From the NCBI GenBank assembly GCA_964645315.1, contig CAZYBH010000004.1, positions 853-64,852 of the forward strand: a stretch of 64,000 bases of DNA, read 5' to 3'. The DNA is from an uncultured Candidatus Saccharibacteria bacterium. Lineage in GTDB: Bacteria > Patescibacteriota > Minisyncoccia > Phycocordibacterales > PALSA-1337. Below the pieces are notes generated by a model, which was given only the letters and a program-made list of their open reading frames with translations, did no database searches and was not told the DNA's origin. The translations under genes were made by a program, and so were the position numbers. Numbering within the stretch: the first letter of the stretch is position 1; every line of letters starts with the position of its first letter. Below are positions 18,976 to 28,703 of this stretch, in pieces.

Positions 18976-19433
18976 TATTTTTGATTTTGATTAGAGTACA
19001 TACTCTCTTTGATATCCAATGACCATGTGAGATCTTTGAGTTTGCTGTCGGAGATTTTTGGTACCATAACTGAAGCGTAATTTTGATTTTCTTGAGCTTT
19101 ATCTTGCTTTTTGATGGGTTTATCGGACTTTTTCCAGATATATAGTTTGCTATTTGTATAATAATGAAAAGCTGATTCTAGTACACTGACGAAAGGTTTG
19201 TTGTTTATCTTGAGAAATGCCAAAGCGCTAGATGCTCCCATGATTATTGCTGCTGGGAATAATGAAAGGATGAAGTTGTCCAATATGACATATATGATAA
19301 ACGACAACCCTGCCCCACCGACGAGATAAATAAACTGCTTTAGGGTTAATTGCCCAAAGATCTTATCTTCCACTTCAATAAATTGAGGAACTTGGAATCG
19401 CATCGAATATATTATAACCCAAGCACAAAACAA
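18975..19433 (-). CDS. VirB3-like small membrane protein
   Basis: Immediately precedes the VirB4 N-domain ORF with a TAATG stop/start overlap. Contains a FGQLTLKQFIYLVGGAGLSFIIYVIL segment followed by a second hydrophobic helix, as in VirB3/TrbD/PrgI-type proteins. Confidence 0.5.
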   Translation of the reverse strand: MFCAWVIIYSMRFQVPQFIEVEDKIFGQLTLKQFIYLVGGAGLSFIIYVILDNFILSLFPAAIIMGASSALAFLKINNKPFVSVLESAFHYYTNSKLYIWKKSDKPIKKQDKAQENQNYASVMVPKISDSKLKDLTWSLDIKESMYSNQNQK

Positions 19434-19441
19434 AGTCTTGT

Positions 19442-21199
19442 TTATTCTATTGGTTCGCGATACGGATCGCCTTTATTGGATGTGCTTGGTCTTGAAATTG
19501 GACTAGGAATTGGCTTCGATTGATCAGTGAAGACCTTGTCACTGATGAAATGTGGCTTTGCCGGCTCCTCCACTTTGTCTTCAAGCATTTTTTCGGCCTG
19601 TTTGAAGTTATTTGGATCACTGATATCTATCGAAGGACTATTTTGGGCGATTTGCGATCTGATATCATTCCTCAATTCTTCTTGACTAGGTTCTGGCTTT
19701 TTTTCTTCCACTTTTGGTTCTTCGGTTTTCTTGATATTTTGCTTATCAAGTAAATTGATCGATTCTGCTGGAGGATTGCTTTCTATTGCTTTTATTGTTT
19801 CTTCGGCGACCTTTATATTGGCATCTTTTTTTGGCTCTTCGGCTGGAATCTGGCTAATTAATTTATTTAGCTCTACATCAATTGGCTTGGGGTTTGGCGT
19901 TTGTACTGGTATTGATGTTTGTATTGGTGTTTCTGTCGGAGTAGGTATGGTATCTGGAGTAGAAACTGGTGCTTGCACAGGTTCTGGCATATGTCTGACT
20001 TCTGCTGTGTCTGGTCTTACAACTTCTACGGATTCTTCTGTTGGCAAATTTGCTGGTATAGCAACCTCCTCTTTTTGCGGTTTAAACTCGTTTGTTCCTC
20101 CTTCTACAGTATTTTTGACCGTTTCTTCTTCAGTCTGATGTTCTTTTATTGCATCGTATAAATCAAAACTTGGTTTTGCATTTTCATCATCTTCTATATC
20201 AGAGTATTCGCCACTTTTGTTATCACTTTCATTATTATCGACTTCACCTTCTTCTTCCTCTTCCTTATCTGACTTCGTTTCCGTGTATTCATTTTTTCCC
20301 TCATCCTCTTCAATATCTGACTTCACTTCCCCATCTTCAATTTTTTCTTGATCCGCTTCTACTGTTTCCTCGTTTTTCTTTTCTCTTTTGTCCTCTGCTA
20401 TCTTTGCACTTTCATCGGTGTTTTCTGATTTTGATTCTGTTTCTGTATTTTGCTCTTCCCTGCTTTCTTCATTTGCACTAGAAAAATTGTAGTAAGTATG
20501 AGGATCAAAGTTTGATGCAACTTCATTTTCTGTGCTTACTATCTTTTCCTCCGTAATAGGTTTAATTTCTTCAGCTTTTATTTTTTGTTCAGGAATTTTC
20601 GCTTCCTCTATTTTTGTAATTGGTACATCTACTTTTGGTTTTGGAGCAATGCTATAAGCTTCTGAAGCTTTTTGTTCTTCCATAGCTCTTTGTTTTGCCA
20701 AGTATTCCCTTCTCTCTTGCATCATTTCTAATTCTGTCGGTACTGTAGTTTCAATTTTGAAATCACCAGCGCTTTCGAGGTCGGCGTGAGGAGACTCCTC
20801 CGCATCTTCTTTATCAATTCTGCCAAATTGACCAGAATTGGTCTTATAAGTTTCATTTACAATTTTTGGCGATGGAGCAGTATGGTTTTCGGATGATCTC
20901 ATAGACTCTCTTATTGAAGAGAATACTTTATCGCTAATCTCGGCAGTAATAATTCGGGCTTGTTTTTCGCCAATATTTAGTTCTCGAGCTAATGTTTGAG
21001 TGAATTGATTTTGTGGTATCAAGCCGAGCATTACATAGCTAGTAACATCAAATAAAATATCCATTTGGTCCAAAAGCAAGCCAAATTTACTGGATATTTC
21101 TTTTATATTTTCTGCGACTTGCGGAGAAGTCATGGCGAATTTGACTTCATCTGGAAGTGAAAGAAATTTATCTTCTATTGTTGAATAATCGAATTCCAT
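19442..21199 (-). CDS. Large acidic, low-complexity protein with a ~100-aa structured N-terminal domain (T4SS-like operon member)
   Basis: 585 aa; the N-terminal region looks globular; the remainder is E/K/D/T/P-rich and predicted disordered. The opposite-strand ORFs at 19520-20481 are compositional shadows. Confidence 0.6.
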   Translation of the reverse strand: MEFDYSTIEDKFLSLPDEVKFAMTSPQVAENIKEISSKFGLLLDQMDILFDVTSYVMLGLIPQNQFTQTLARELNIGEKQARIITAEISDKVFSSIRESMRSSENHTAPSPKIVNETYKTNSGQFGRIDKEDAEESPHADLESAGDFKIETTVPTELEMMQERREYLAKQRAMEEQKASEAYSIAPKPKVDVPITKIEEAKIPEQKIKAEEIKPITEEKIVSTENEVASNFDPHTYYNFSSANEESREEQNTETESKSENTDESAKIAEDKREKKNEETVEADQEKIEDGEVKSDIEEDEGKNEYTETKSDKEEEEEGEVDNNESDNKSGEYSDIEDDENAKPSFDLYDAIKEHQTEEETVKNTVEGGTNEFKPQKEEVAIPANLPTEESVEVVRPDTAEVRHMPEPVQAPVSTPDTIPTPTETPIQTSIPVQTPNPKPIDVELNKLISQIPAEEPKKDANIKVAEETIKAIESNPPAESINLLDKQNIKKTEEPKVEEKKPEPSQEELRNDIRSQIAQNSPSIDISDPNNFKQAEKMLEDKVEEPAKPHFISDKVFTDQSKPIPSPISRPSTSNKGDPYREPIE

Positions 21200-23151
21200 T
21201 ATCTAATTAATTTTGCATTATCAATCATATCTTGTAGATCATCTGTTCCCATTTGTGTAATATCGGTCGATCCTGCTGGTCCCCTTGTTGCCGCAGCAAT
21301 TTTTGCCTGCAAATCGCCCTCCTCGCGTAAGTTTAATGGACTAGCTGCTCCAAACCTAGCTTTCTCTCTTCTAATGTCAACTTGAACAGTCTCAAGTTTC
21401 TTCTTAAGATCGCCAATTGCCTCCTTCTTTTTATCGAGCTGCTTTTGCCAGACATCGATATTGATTTTTGCTGCAGCTGCTTTATTTTTTCTAGCTATTT
21501 TTGTAAATAAAGTTTCCGGATTAGCCATTCTACCCGCAATTCTTTTGGCGTAATCTGCCTGTCTTTCTTTTTGCTTGTTTGTTACGGCAGTTCCTAGCTG
21601 TCTCTTGAGATTTTCAACGTTTGCTTTATGCATATCGGCCATAGCTGTTCGTCCGGCTGCCCTCTCAATCTTCTCCATTGCAGACTCATCACGAATTAAT
21701 TCACCAGCTTCTCTTTTCATTTTTTGTACAGCTCCCTCATCAAAACCAAGAGAATTAGCAAAGTCTGTTCGCTCTTTTACCTGTTTATCAAGTTTTTCAT
21801 TGTAACTTTTTGCAGCACCGCGCAAATTATTTAGGGCAAATTGGCCTAAAGCATTTTTGGCTGCAAAATTTTTGACACCTTCAAGATTTGCCAACTTGCT
21901 AGCGGCTCTTCCTCCTGTATTTTGCCAAGCAGTGGCACCGGTACTATTCCAAGTTCTATTTCCAATAGTTTTCCAAATAGACAAAGCATCAAACTTACCT
22001 TTGTACTTGCTAATTATTTGTGTAGACCAGCCACCCATACTCAAAGCAACGAAAAGCGGTAGGTTTAGGACGACAATAACTATAGCGAAATTTACACCGA
22101 TTATAATAAATGGAAGAAGCCAGTTTGTACCTGTCATAGATGCATCATTCAGTGTATTACCGGTATCGAAAAATTCACTACCATTCAGAATAGAAAGCCC
22201 GACATACATAAGTAGTAGATATGTAGGCAAAAATATCAATTGTGCTTTGAGTTGAGTGGTAAAAAATGAAAAATGCTTCTTTACATCTGGTAATACCATG
22301 CCCGCCCAGTGCATAGATGAAAAGGCTAAGAGGAAAATTAGAACAACGGTTCTTGCCATCACTGCTATGGAGGCTAGAAGGAAGCTAATTCCAGTGGTAA
22401 ACATCATGACTACTCCAGCTAGACTAATGAGAGCAATTTTGACTGGATTTCCAAGGTTTGTACCAAGTTTATTGCCATTTGAATCGTATATTTTTTGAAT
22501 TCTAAGACTATTCATAAATATATTGGAAATATTGGCTTTTGAGTCACTTGCGACAATAGATGTTAGATTATTATCTTTATCAATTTTCACAACATTGTGT
22601 GTTGGTAGTATTGCATTGTATATTGCCTGAGAGACAATATTTGAAGCATCGATACCTACACTTGTAATGAAGAAGCTAAAATTAACAAGTACACCGGCAA
22701 TTACTATGTTTTTTATGGTTTTGCCATAATTACCCTCTCCCCAACCAGTGATCATCTGTATGGCTGCATAAAGCAAGTAGAAGATAAAGGCCATACCTGT
22801 AATGTCTCTCAATATTCTCCAAGTAGAAAATACGGCTGGGGTGGCATTGACAAAGTCTTTTATATTGAGAGTTAATCTCATGGCAACATCGAAGATATAG
22901 GCGCAAAAACCGAGGAATGTGGCGGTCGTAGACATTGCGAAAACTCCAATCATTGCCACTAGAGAATTGAACATATCTTGCAAACTCTCCGAACCAAATA
23001 TTTTTGCAAGCACGCTATTTCCTTGATTGTTAACATTTGACTGTACAGCTGAGCCAGTAGGTTTGTCTTGAGCAAATACAGGTGAAGCAATAGCAAAAAC
23101 ACTTGTTATTATCAGACTAAATATTAAGATTTTTGCTAATGTTTTTTTCAT
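21199..23151 (-). CDS. VirB6/TrbL-like polytopic membrane protein with signal peptide and a long charged coiled-coil C-terminal tail
   Basis: Signal peptide (…SPVFAQD); at least 6 predicted TM helices across residues ~60-380; about 270-aa K/E/R/A-rich C-terminal region. Co-operonic with VirB3/VirB4. Confidence 0.55.
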   Translation of the reverse strand: MKKTLAKILIFSLIITSVFAIASPVFAQDKPTGSAVQSNVNNQGNSVLAKIFGSESLQDMFNSLVAMIGVFAMSTTATFLGFCAYIFDVAMRLTLNIKDFVNATPAVFSTWRILRDITGMAFIFYLLYAAIQMITGWGEGNYGKTIKNIVIAGVLVNFSFFITSVGIDASNIVSQAIYNAILPTHNVVKIDKDNNLTSIVASDSKANISNIFMNSLRIQKIYDSNGNKLGTNLGNPVKIALISLAGVVMMFTTGISFLLASIAVMARTVVLIFLLAFSSMHWAGMVLPDVKKHFSFFTTQLKAQLIFLPTYLLLMYVGLSILNGSEFFDTGNTLNDASMTGTNWLLPFIIIGVNFAIVIVVLNLPLFVALSMGGWSTQIISKYKGKFDALSIWKTIGNRTWNSTGATAWQNTGGRAASKLANLEGVKNFAAKNALGQFALNNLRGAAKSYNEKLDKQVKERTDFANSLGFDEGAVQKMKREAGELIRDESAMEKIERAAGRTAMADMHKANVENLKRQLGTAVTNKQKERQADYAKRIAGRMANPETLFTKIARKNKAAAAKINIDVWQKQLDKKKEAIGDLKKKLETVQVDIRREKARFGAASPLNLREEGDLQAKIAAATRGPAGSTDITQMGTDDLQDMIDNAKLIR

Positions 23152-23152
23152 T

Positions 23153-24742
23153 TTATTGAACGTAACCTATACACATATAATTGTATTGACTCAATCTACC
23201 ATCGAGTTCCCTTGCTTTTGCTCTTGCTTCTGCAAGTTCGGTATCTGCCGAATCTATCTTAGATATCACACTAGCACCTCCGTTTGTAAGATAATCTGTA
23301 TACTTTACTGTTTGAGGTTGAATTTGATTTGAAGGATCATTTTCTACAGCATTGAGCATATCTTGAAGAGTTTTCTTTTCTTTCATACCGTCGTCATATT
23401 TCTTTTGATATTTTTGAATTAGAGGATCAATTTCATTGAATACAGTATTATCTATATCAGTAAGACCACCATTGAATCCTGTGCTATTTTGTCGTTCTGC
23501 AAGGCAAGATCTTACCGAGGTATATTTATTTCTTATAGCTGTCAATTCTGCTACAGCTACTTTATATTGATCTGTATACTTCGGAACTTGGGCTATAGAA
23601 GTGCTTATCGAATCCTTAAGCGATCCGGCTGTGTTCTTTAGAGCTTCTTGAGAGCTAATTTCTTTTGCCATAATTGATGAAGCAGAATTACTACCTCCAG
23701 AACTAAAGTTTTTCAAACCGCCACCCAAAACTTCCATTGTTAGTCTTGATACTAGTGCGGAGATGATTGCGTTTATATCATTTGCAAGCTCGAGTTCTAC
23801 AGTTGGAACATTGAGGCTTGTGTGTAGCTGATTTGCAATGACCGAACCTGGAGTCTGTGTTTCGCAAGTCTGGACTGTCTCAGTACCATTTTTATTTTTC
23901 TTGACTCTAGTACCAGCATCATTGCCTACAATGCCGTTAACTTCTTGTACTTGACCTGCATCTTCAGGATCATAAGTACCACCGGGCACATCCTTACAGC
24001 TTTGCCATGACATGAATCCTTGACCAAGCTGGAGATCGGCTCTTATAACATTTTGTCTTGAATTTATCCTTGCATCCAAATCAGCTTGAGCAGAAAGGAA
24101 TGCTCCATAAGGATTGTTTTGTGGTTCGGTAGTGAGAGCGAGGAATGCTGGCCAGCCACCTTGATTGAAATCACCTTTTAGGAATCCATTGTATGAGCTA
24201 TTGCTTGATCGTACTACTTTGCCATTTACTATTATGTCCGGACCATTCTTCTGGGCTTCTATTATTTTGCCAACCGTACATGTATATCTTTCGGTTGTCA
24301 GATTTGTCTTGCTTAGAGCAAGTGAAAGTCTAATATCTATTGCAAAAGGTGAACAGAGTGCTGATAGTGGTCCATTTGTAGCTAAGAATGCTCCGGTCAC
24401 TTGATCTGCGGCATCTAGGAAAAATGCTCCAGGATTGGACAAAAATGCTGGACTTCCCTCAAAGCCGTGATTTATCCAGTTGATGACATCTAGAGTAATT
24501 TTGTGTAATAGTTGTTTTGCTGCCAAAACCGCTGCTTTGTTTAGGACGAAATCTTTTAGATGGGTCCAAGTCAAGTTTAGGTAATTGGAAATACCTGTTG
24601 GGCTAGTATCTGCATTGACTATTACGCTATCTGCAACTCCGGCAACAGCATGAACTCTTCCAATATTTACAAATATGCTAGAAATAAAAATTGACAATAC
24701 AAGCAGTTTTAATATTAATTTTTTTGTTGAGGAAAAATTCAT
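23153..24742 (-). CDS. Secreted 529-aa protein (signal peptide), T4SS-like operon member
   Basis: Signal peptide MNFSSTKKLILKLLVLSIFISSIFVNIGRVHA; no TM afterwards; no recognisable catalytic motif. Confidence 0.55.
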   Translation of the reverse strand: MNFSSTKKLILKLLVLSIFISSIFVNIGRVHAVAGVADSVIVNADTSPTGISNYLNLTWTHLKDFVLNKAAVLAAKQLLHKITLDVINWINHGFEGSPAFLSNPGAFFLDAADQVTGAFLATNGPLSALCSPFAIDIRLSLALSKTNLTTERYTCTVGKIIEAQKNGPDIIVNGKVVRSSNSSYNGFLKGDFNQGGWPAFLALTTEPQNNPYGAFLSAQADLDARINSRQNVIRADLQLGQGFMSWQSCKDVPGGTYDPEDAGQVQEVNGIVGNDAGTRVKKNKNGTETVQTCETQTPGSVIANQLHTSLNVPTVELELANDINAIISALVSRLTMEVLGGGLKNFSSGGSNSASSIMAKEISSQEALKNTAGSLKDSISTSIAQVPKYTDQYKVAVAELTAIRNKYTSVRSCLAERQNSTGFNGGLTDIDNTVFNEIDPLIQKYQKKYDDGMKEKKTLQDMLNAVENDPSNQIQPQTVKYTDYLTNGGASVISKIDSADTELAEARAKARELDGRLSQYNYMCIGYVQ

Positions 24743-25695
24743 TATTTTTTATTTGTAATGAAAACCAAGCCATACTGATCAAATATAGTCTTCATATCAT
24801 CGACGGCCGAGCTGACTTTTTGGATTGAATCTAATTCGTGTCTGATGCCATTTAGAGCAGGAAGAGGATCTTTCTCTATATTTCTGATTACTTTTGCATT
24901 ATATATCTGCATCGAGACACCGTTTATAAGATTAAGATGTGGCAGTGCGAGCGTCTCTGGTACAGTGAGTGATTTGAGGCTATTGAGAGTTTTTTGGTAG
25001 CCAGAGATTATAGGATCGATATCCTTCAACAATTCCATATTGTCGGTTTCAAGAGCGCTCGTGACTATCTCTGCTTCATTTTTGTCAGGCATCCATTTGC
25101 TCAAAATACTCATGAGAGTTTCGGCGTAGTTTTTTATTGATTGAGCATCATTTGCATTTGGATTTATTTTTATGTCTTTGAGATCATAAACTTTTGCCCC
25201 GTCCATTTTGTCCAAACTTTCATTGATCAGTTGATTGGTTACTGATTCTACGGCACTGGCATTGTTGTTTAGGCCGGATTGTCTAAGTTCTGCGTATTTT
25301 GTAAAGAAATTTCTACTGAAAACTTCTGTGGCGGTTAGTTTTTGGTTTTGATTGGATTTGCTTATGTCGGTGGCTTTTTTTGTATCGACTTTTTGTTGTT
25401 TTTGATCGAAGAATTCTTTTTGCCAAGGCTCTTCCTTGAAACTTGTATCTTCTTTGACATTTATGATTGGTTTTACAGATTCGTTTTTGAATGAAACCTG
25501 TTTTGAGGAAGAAGGAAGGCCGTTTATCGCTATGTATGTACCAATAACAAAGAAGCCTGAAACAATAAATGTAATAAAAGTTTGGCTGCGTGGGTAGTAT
25601 TTAGCCATGCTATAAAGAATTATAGCAAAGAACCAAGCAAAATCGTATTTTTCTGTGGACAGTTTTATTGAATTTCTTTTGCAATCAAAAACCAA
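24742..25695 (-). CDS. Bitopic membrane protein (N-terminal TM helices + ~250-aa extracytoplasmic domain), first gene of the T4SS-like operon
   Basis: N-terminal hydrophobic helices FAWFFAIILYSMA / FITFIVSGFFVIGTYIAI. It overlaps the ksgA 3' end by 31 nt if the first ATG is used; a later start (M30) is possible. VirB8-like topology only. Confidence 0.45.
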   Translation of the reverse strand: MVFDCKRNSIKLSTEKYDFAWFFAIILYSMAKYYPRSQTFITFIVSGFFVIGTYIAINGLPSSSKQVSFKNESVKPIINVKEDTSFKEEPWQKEFFDQKQQKVDTKKATDISKSNQNQKLTATEVFSRNFFTKYAELRQSGLNNNASAVESVTNQLINESLDKMDGAKVYDLKDIKINPNANDAQSIKNYAETLMSILSKWMPDKNEAEIVTSALETDNMELLKDIDPIISGYQKTLNSLKSLTVPETLALPHLNLINGVSMQIYNAKVIRNIEKDPLPALNGIRHELDSIQKVSSAVDDMKTIFDQYGLVFITNKK

Positions 25696-26456
25696 GTCTC
25701 AACTGCTATTTCCTCTGCCCTAATTTTGGGATTAAGATTCAATTTTTGCCATATCGAGGCCAGCTTTTCTTTATTGGAAATGAAATTTTCGAGATTTTTT
25801 ATGGCAAATTTCCTCTTGTGAGCAAAAGCGGACTTGATCATTTGGAAAAAGGAGGAAATTTGGATATTTGATCTCTTGAATTGTTCGTCATTTATATCTT
25901 CTATTGATAAAATTGCAGAATCGACTGTTGGTGCTGGACTAAAAGCATTTCTCGATACTTTTGAGATGATCTTTGGTCGACCAAACGCTTTGACTGATAT
26001 AGATAGTATACTTTCTTTATTATCTTTTGTAATAATCCTATCGGCCACCTCTTTTTGGACTAGAAGAACCATTTTTGTAGGCCTTTTTTGACCTTCAAGA
26101 AACTTTTCTAGTATAGCTCCAGTAATATAATAAGGGATATTGGCTATAACCTTGAACGCAGAATCAGGAATATGGCTATCTGAAATCAAAATATCATCCT
26201 CAATAAGCTTTAATTGGTCATTATTTATATAATTGCTGAATTTTTGATCAAGTAAAGCTATTGCCCTACTGTCTTTTTCGATGGCTATGACTTTTGCTCC
26301 AGCATCGAGTAATCCTTGAGTCAAAATGCCCGTTCCGGGGCCAATTTCCAAGATAATTTCGTCTTTTTGAATGTTTCCAGCGGAAATAATCTCATCAAGA
26401 GCTTTTTTTGATGTTAGGAAATGTTGCCCCAGAGTTTTTTTTGCTTGCAAATTCAT
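25665..26456 (-). CDS. rsmA: 16S rRNA (adenine1518/1519-N6)-dimethyltransferase RsmA/KsgA
   Basis: N-terminus KKTLGQHFLTSKKALDEI; SAM-binding motif LEIGPGTGILT; length 263 aa. Confidence 0.9.
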   Translation of the reverse strand: MNLQAKKTLGQHFLTSKKALDEIISAGNIQKDEIILEIGPGTGILTQGLLDAGAKVIAIEKDSRAIALLDQKFSNYINNDQLKLIEDDILISDSHIPDSAFKVIANIPYYITGAILEKFLEGQKRPTKMVLLVQKEVADRIITKDNKESILSISVKAFGRPKIISKVSRNAFSPAPTVDSAILSIEDINDEQFKRSNIQISSFFQMIKSAFAHKRKFAIKNLENFISNKEKLASIWQKLNLNPKIRAEEIAVETWFLIAKEIQ

Positions 26457-26531
26457 TGTTTTATCTTAACTTATATTTATGATTTGTGAATGGTATTTTC
26501 AAATACAACTCTATTTCAATCTATAAATATT

Positions 26532-28466
26532 TTAAAAATCTATAAAAATAGCTTTGACTCCAGATGGTTTCTCTACCACACCCTCTTCAATCAGATTTTT
26601 CTCAATATCTTGGATGAATTCTGATGGATTATTGACTTTTTGGGCACCATAAACGCTTCTGATAAGAGCATAACTCAAAAAAACTTTTTTCTTGGCTCTA
26701 GTCAAGGCTACATAGAACAATCTCCTTTCTTCTTCCTCTTCATTTTTATTTATCTCTGCTTCGTCCATGTGTTTGTATGGGAATAGATCTTGTTCCATGC
26801 CAGCAATGAAGACATATTCAAACTCTAGACCTTTCGAAGCGTGGATGGTCATTAGTTTTACGGCGTTTTCATTTTTTTCTAAATCGTCTTGATCGGTGGC
26901 AAGCGCAGTGTTTGTAAGAAGAGCTTGTATACCCTCTTCACCGATTAGTGTGTCATATTGTGAAGCTACGCTGACCAATTCGCGAACGTTTAGCAACCTT
27001 TCTTCACCTTCACTATCACCTTCCCTCAATGATTTCTCAATTCCAGTTTCTTGGATGATAAATTTTATAACTTCACTAGGTTTTTTATTTTGAGCTTCAG
27101 TTTTTATATCATCAAGTAATTTCCAAAAATTACTGATTTTGATTTGCATATTTTGGGGTAAGTCGGCTGTATTGTTTGAGGCTACCTTTGCTATAGTAGC
27201 TTTGCCTATACCACGCACTGGGACATTGATTATCCTATTTATATCGCTCCAACTATCGCGATTTAGAGCAGATCTTAGATAAGATAAGACATCCTTGATC
27301 TCTTTTCGATCAAAGAATTTTGTACCAAGCATTTGGTATTTGATATTTTTTTTGATGAAGGCTTCTTCTATGGCTCTAGATTGGAAGTTTGTCCTGTACA
27401 AAACTGCTATTTCTCTAGGATCTACACCTTTTTCTACTAGATTTCTTGCTTCATCGGCTATATTTCTGGCCTCATCTGTCTCGGTATATGAAGTAGAAAG
27501 TGAAATCTTCTCACCACCGTCATTGTCTGTATATAGATTTTTCTTTTTGCGCAGTTTATTTTGTTTGATTATTCCATTTGCCGCCTCCAAGATTATTTTT
27601 GTCGAACGGTAGTTCTTTTCTAGGGTTATAACGCTTGCATTTGGATAATCCTTTTCGAAATTTAGAATATTTTCGATTGTGGCACCTCTCCAACTATAGA
27701 TATTTTGATCGGCGTCACCGACTACGCAAATATTATTGTGAAATTGTGTCAAATACCTAACTATCTTGTATTGGACGCGGTTTGTATCTTGATATTCATC
27801 GACATGGATGTATTTCCAGGTCTCACTGTATTTCTTTTTTACTTCCGGATGACTTTCCAATAAATTTGCTGTTTTCAATAACAGATCATCGAAGTCCAAA
27901 GCTTTTTCTTTTGCCAATTGATTGTCGTATTTTTCCCAAACTTCGGCGACAACTTCTTCCATATAGCCTTTTGCATGATCTTTGTAGGTCAATAGATTGA
28001 TACCATCACCTTTTGCTCTTGAAATCATATTTAATATTATTCCCGGATCGTACTGTTTTGGGTCAAGAGAAAGGTTTTGGAGAGATTCTTTGATAACTCT
28101 TTTTGAATCTGATCTATCAAATATGGTGAAGTTTTTGTTTAGGCCAAGCAAGATGGAATTTTCACGAATGATATGTACTCCAAGTGCATGGAATGTACTA
28201 ATAAAGGGTCTTTCGGCAAAAGAAATAGGGCGATTTAGCTCTTTGTCTCTGGAAAGAGCATGATTTACCCTCTCTCGCATCTCGCTCGCCGCTTTATTTG
28301 TAAAGGTTATAGCCAAAATATTGAATGGAGCAGTGCCAGACTTAATAATATTTACGATCCTTTCGGTTATTACTCTGGTCTTGCCTGTGCCCGCTCCAGC
28401 GACAATGAGCACCGGTCCCTCGGTCGTTTTTACTGCTTTTTCTTGTGCTTCATTTAGATTTTGCAT
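26532..28466 (-). CDS. uvrD: ATP-dependent DNA helicase UvrD/PcrA family
   Basis: N-terminus LNEAQEKAVKTTEGPVLIVAGAGTGKTRVITERI (Walker A); motifs II-VI of SF1 helicases (VDEYQDTN, YRS, TIHASKGLEF). Confidence 0.9.
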   Translation of the reverse strand: MQNLNEAQEKAVKTTEGPVLIVAGAGTGKTRVITERIVNIIKSGTAPFNILAITFTNKAASEMRERVNHALSRDKELNRPISFAERPFISTFHALGVHIIRENSILLGLNKNFTIFDRSDSKRVIKESLQNLSLDPKQYDPGIILNMISRAKGDGINLLTYKDHAKGYMEEVVAEVWEKYDNQLAKEKALDFDDLLLKTANLLESHPEVKKKYSETWKYIHVDEYQDTNRVQYKIVRYLTQFHNNICVVGDADQNIYSWRGATIENILNFEKDYPNASVITLEKNYRSTKIILEAANGIIKQNKLRKKKNLYTDNDGGEKISLSTSYTETDEARNIADEARNLVEKGVDPREIAVLYRTNFQSRAIEEAFIKKNIKYQMLGTKFFDRKEIKDVLSYLRSALNRDSWSDINRIINVPVRGIGKATIAKVASNNTADLPQNMQIKISNFWKLLDDIKTEAQNKKPSEVIKFIIQETGIEKSLREGDSEGEERLLNVRELVSVASQYDTLIGEEGIQALLTNTALATDQDDLEKNENAVKLMTIHASKGLEFEYVFIAGMEQDLFPYKHMDEAEINKNEEEEERRLFYVALTRAKKKVFLSYALIRSVYGAQKVNNPSEFIQDIEKNLIEEGVVEKPSGVKAIFIDF

Positions 28467-28703
28467 CGTATAAGTCTATCATATTTATTTTTTTATTTTT
28501 TAAATAAAATTATAGCAACGAAAATTGACCAAGTATCAAATATTGTGTCTGTGTATAATGGTTATTGACTTTGTTTATGACCTTGCTAACCTATTGAGGT
28601 GTCAATATGATATATTGATACTATACGGCTTAGTAGAGCCATATCGCAATTTTAAAGATTTAGCATTTTGGATGAATTAACTGCTTTCGGCTATTGATAA
28701 AGT

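Noticed and set aside
19520-20481. Four + strand ORFs (77-135 aa) inside the acidic 585-aa gene
   Set aside because: They are low-complexity compositional shadows (Cys/Phe/Ser/Gly-rich) of the opposite-strand E/K/D-rich coding sequence.
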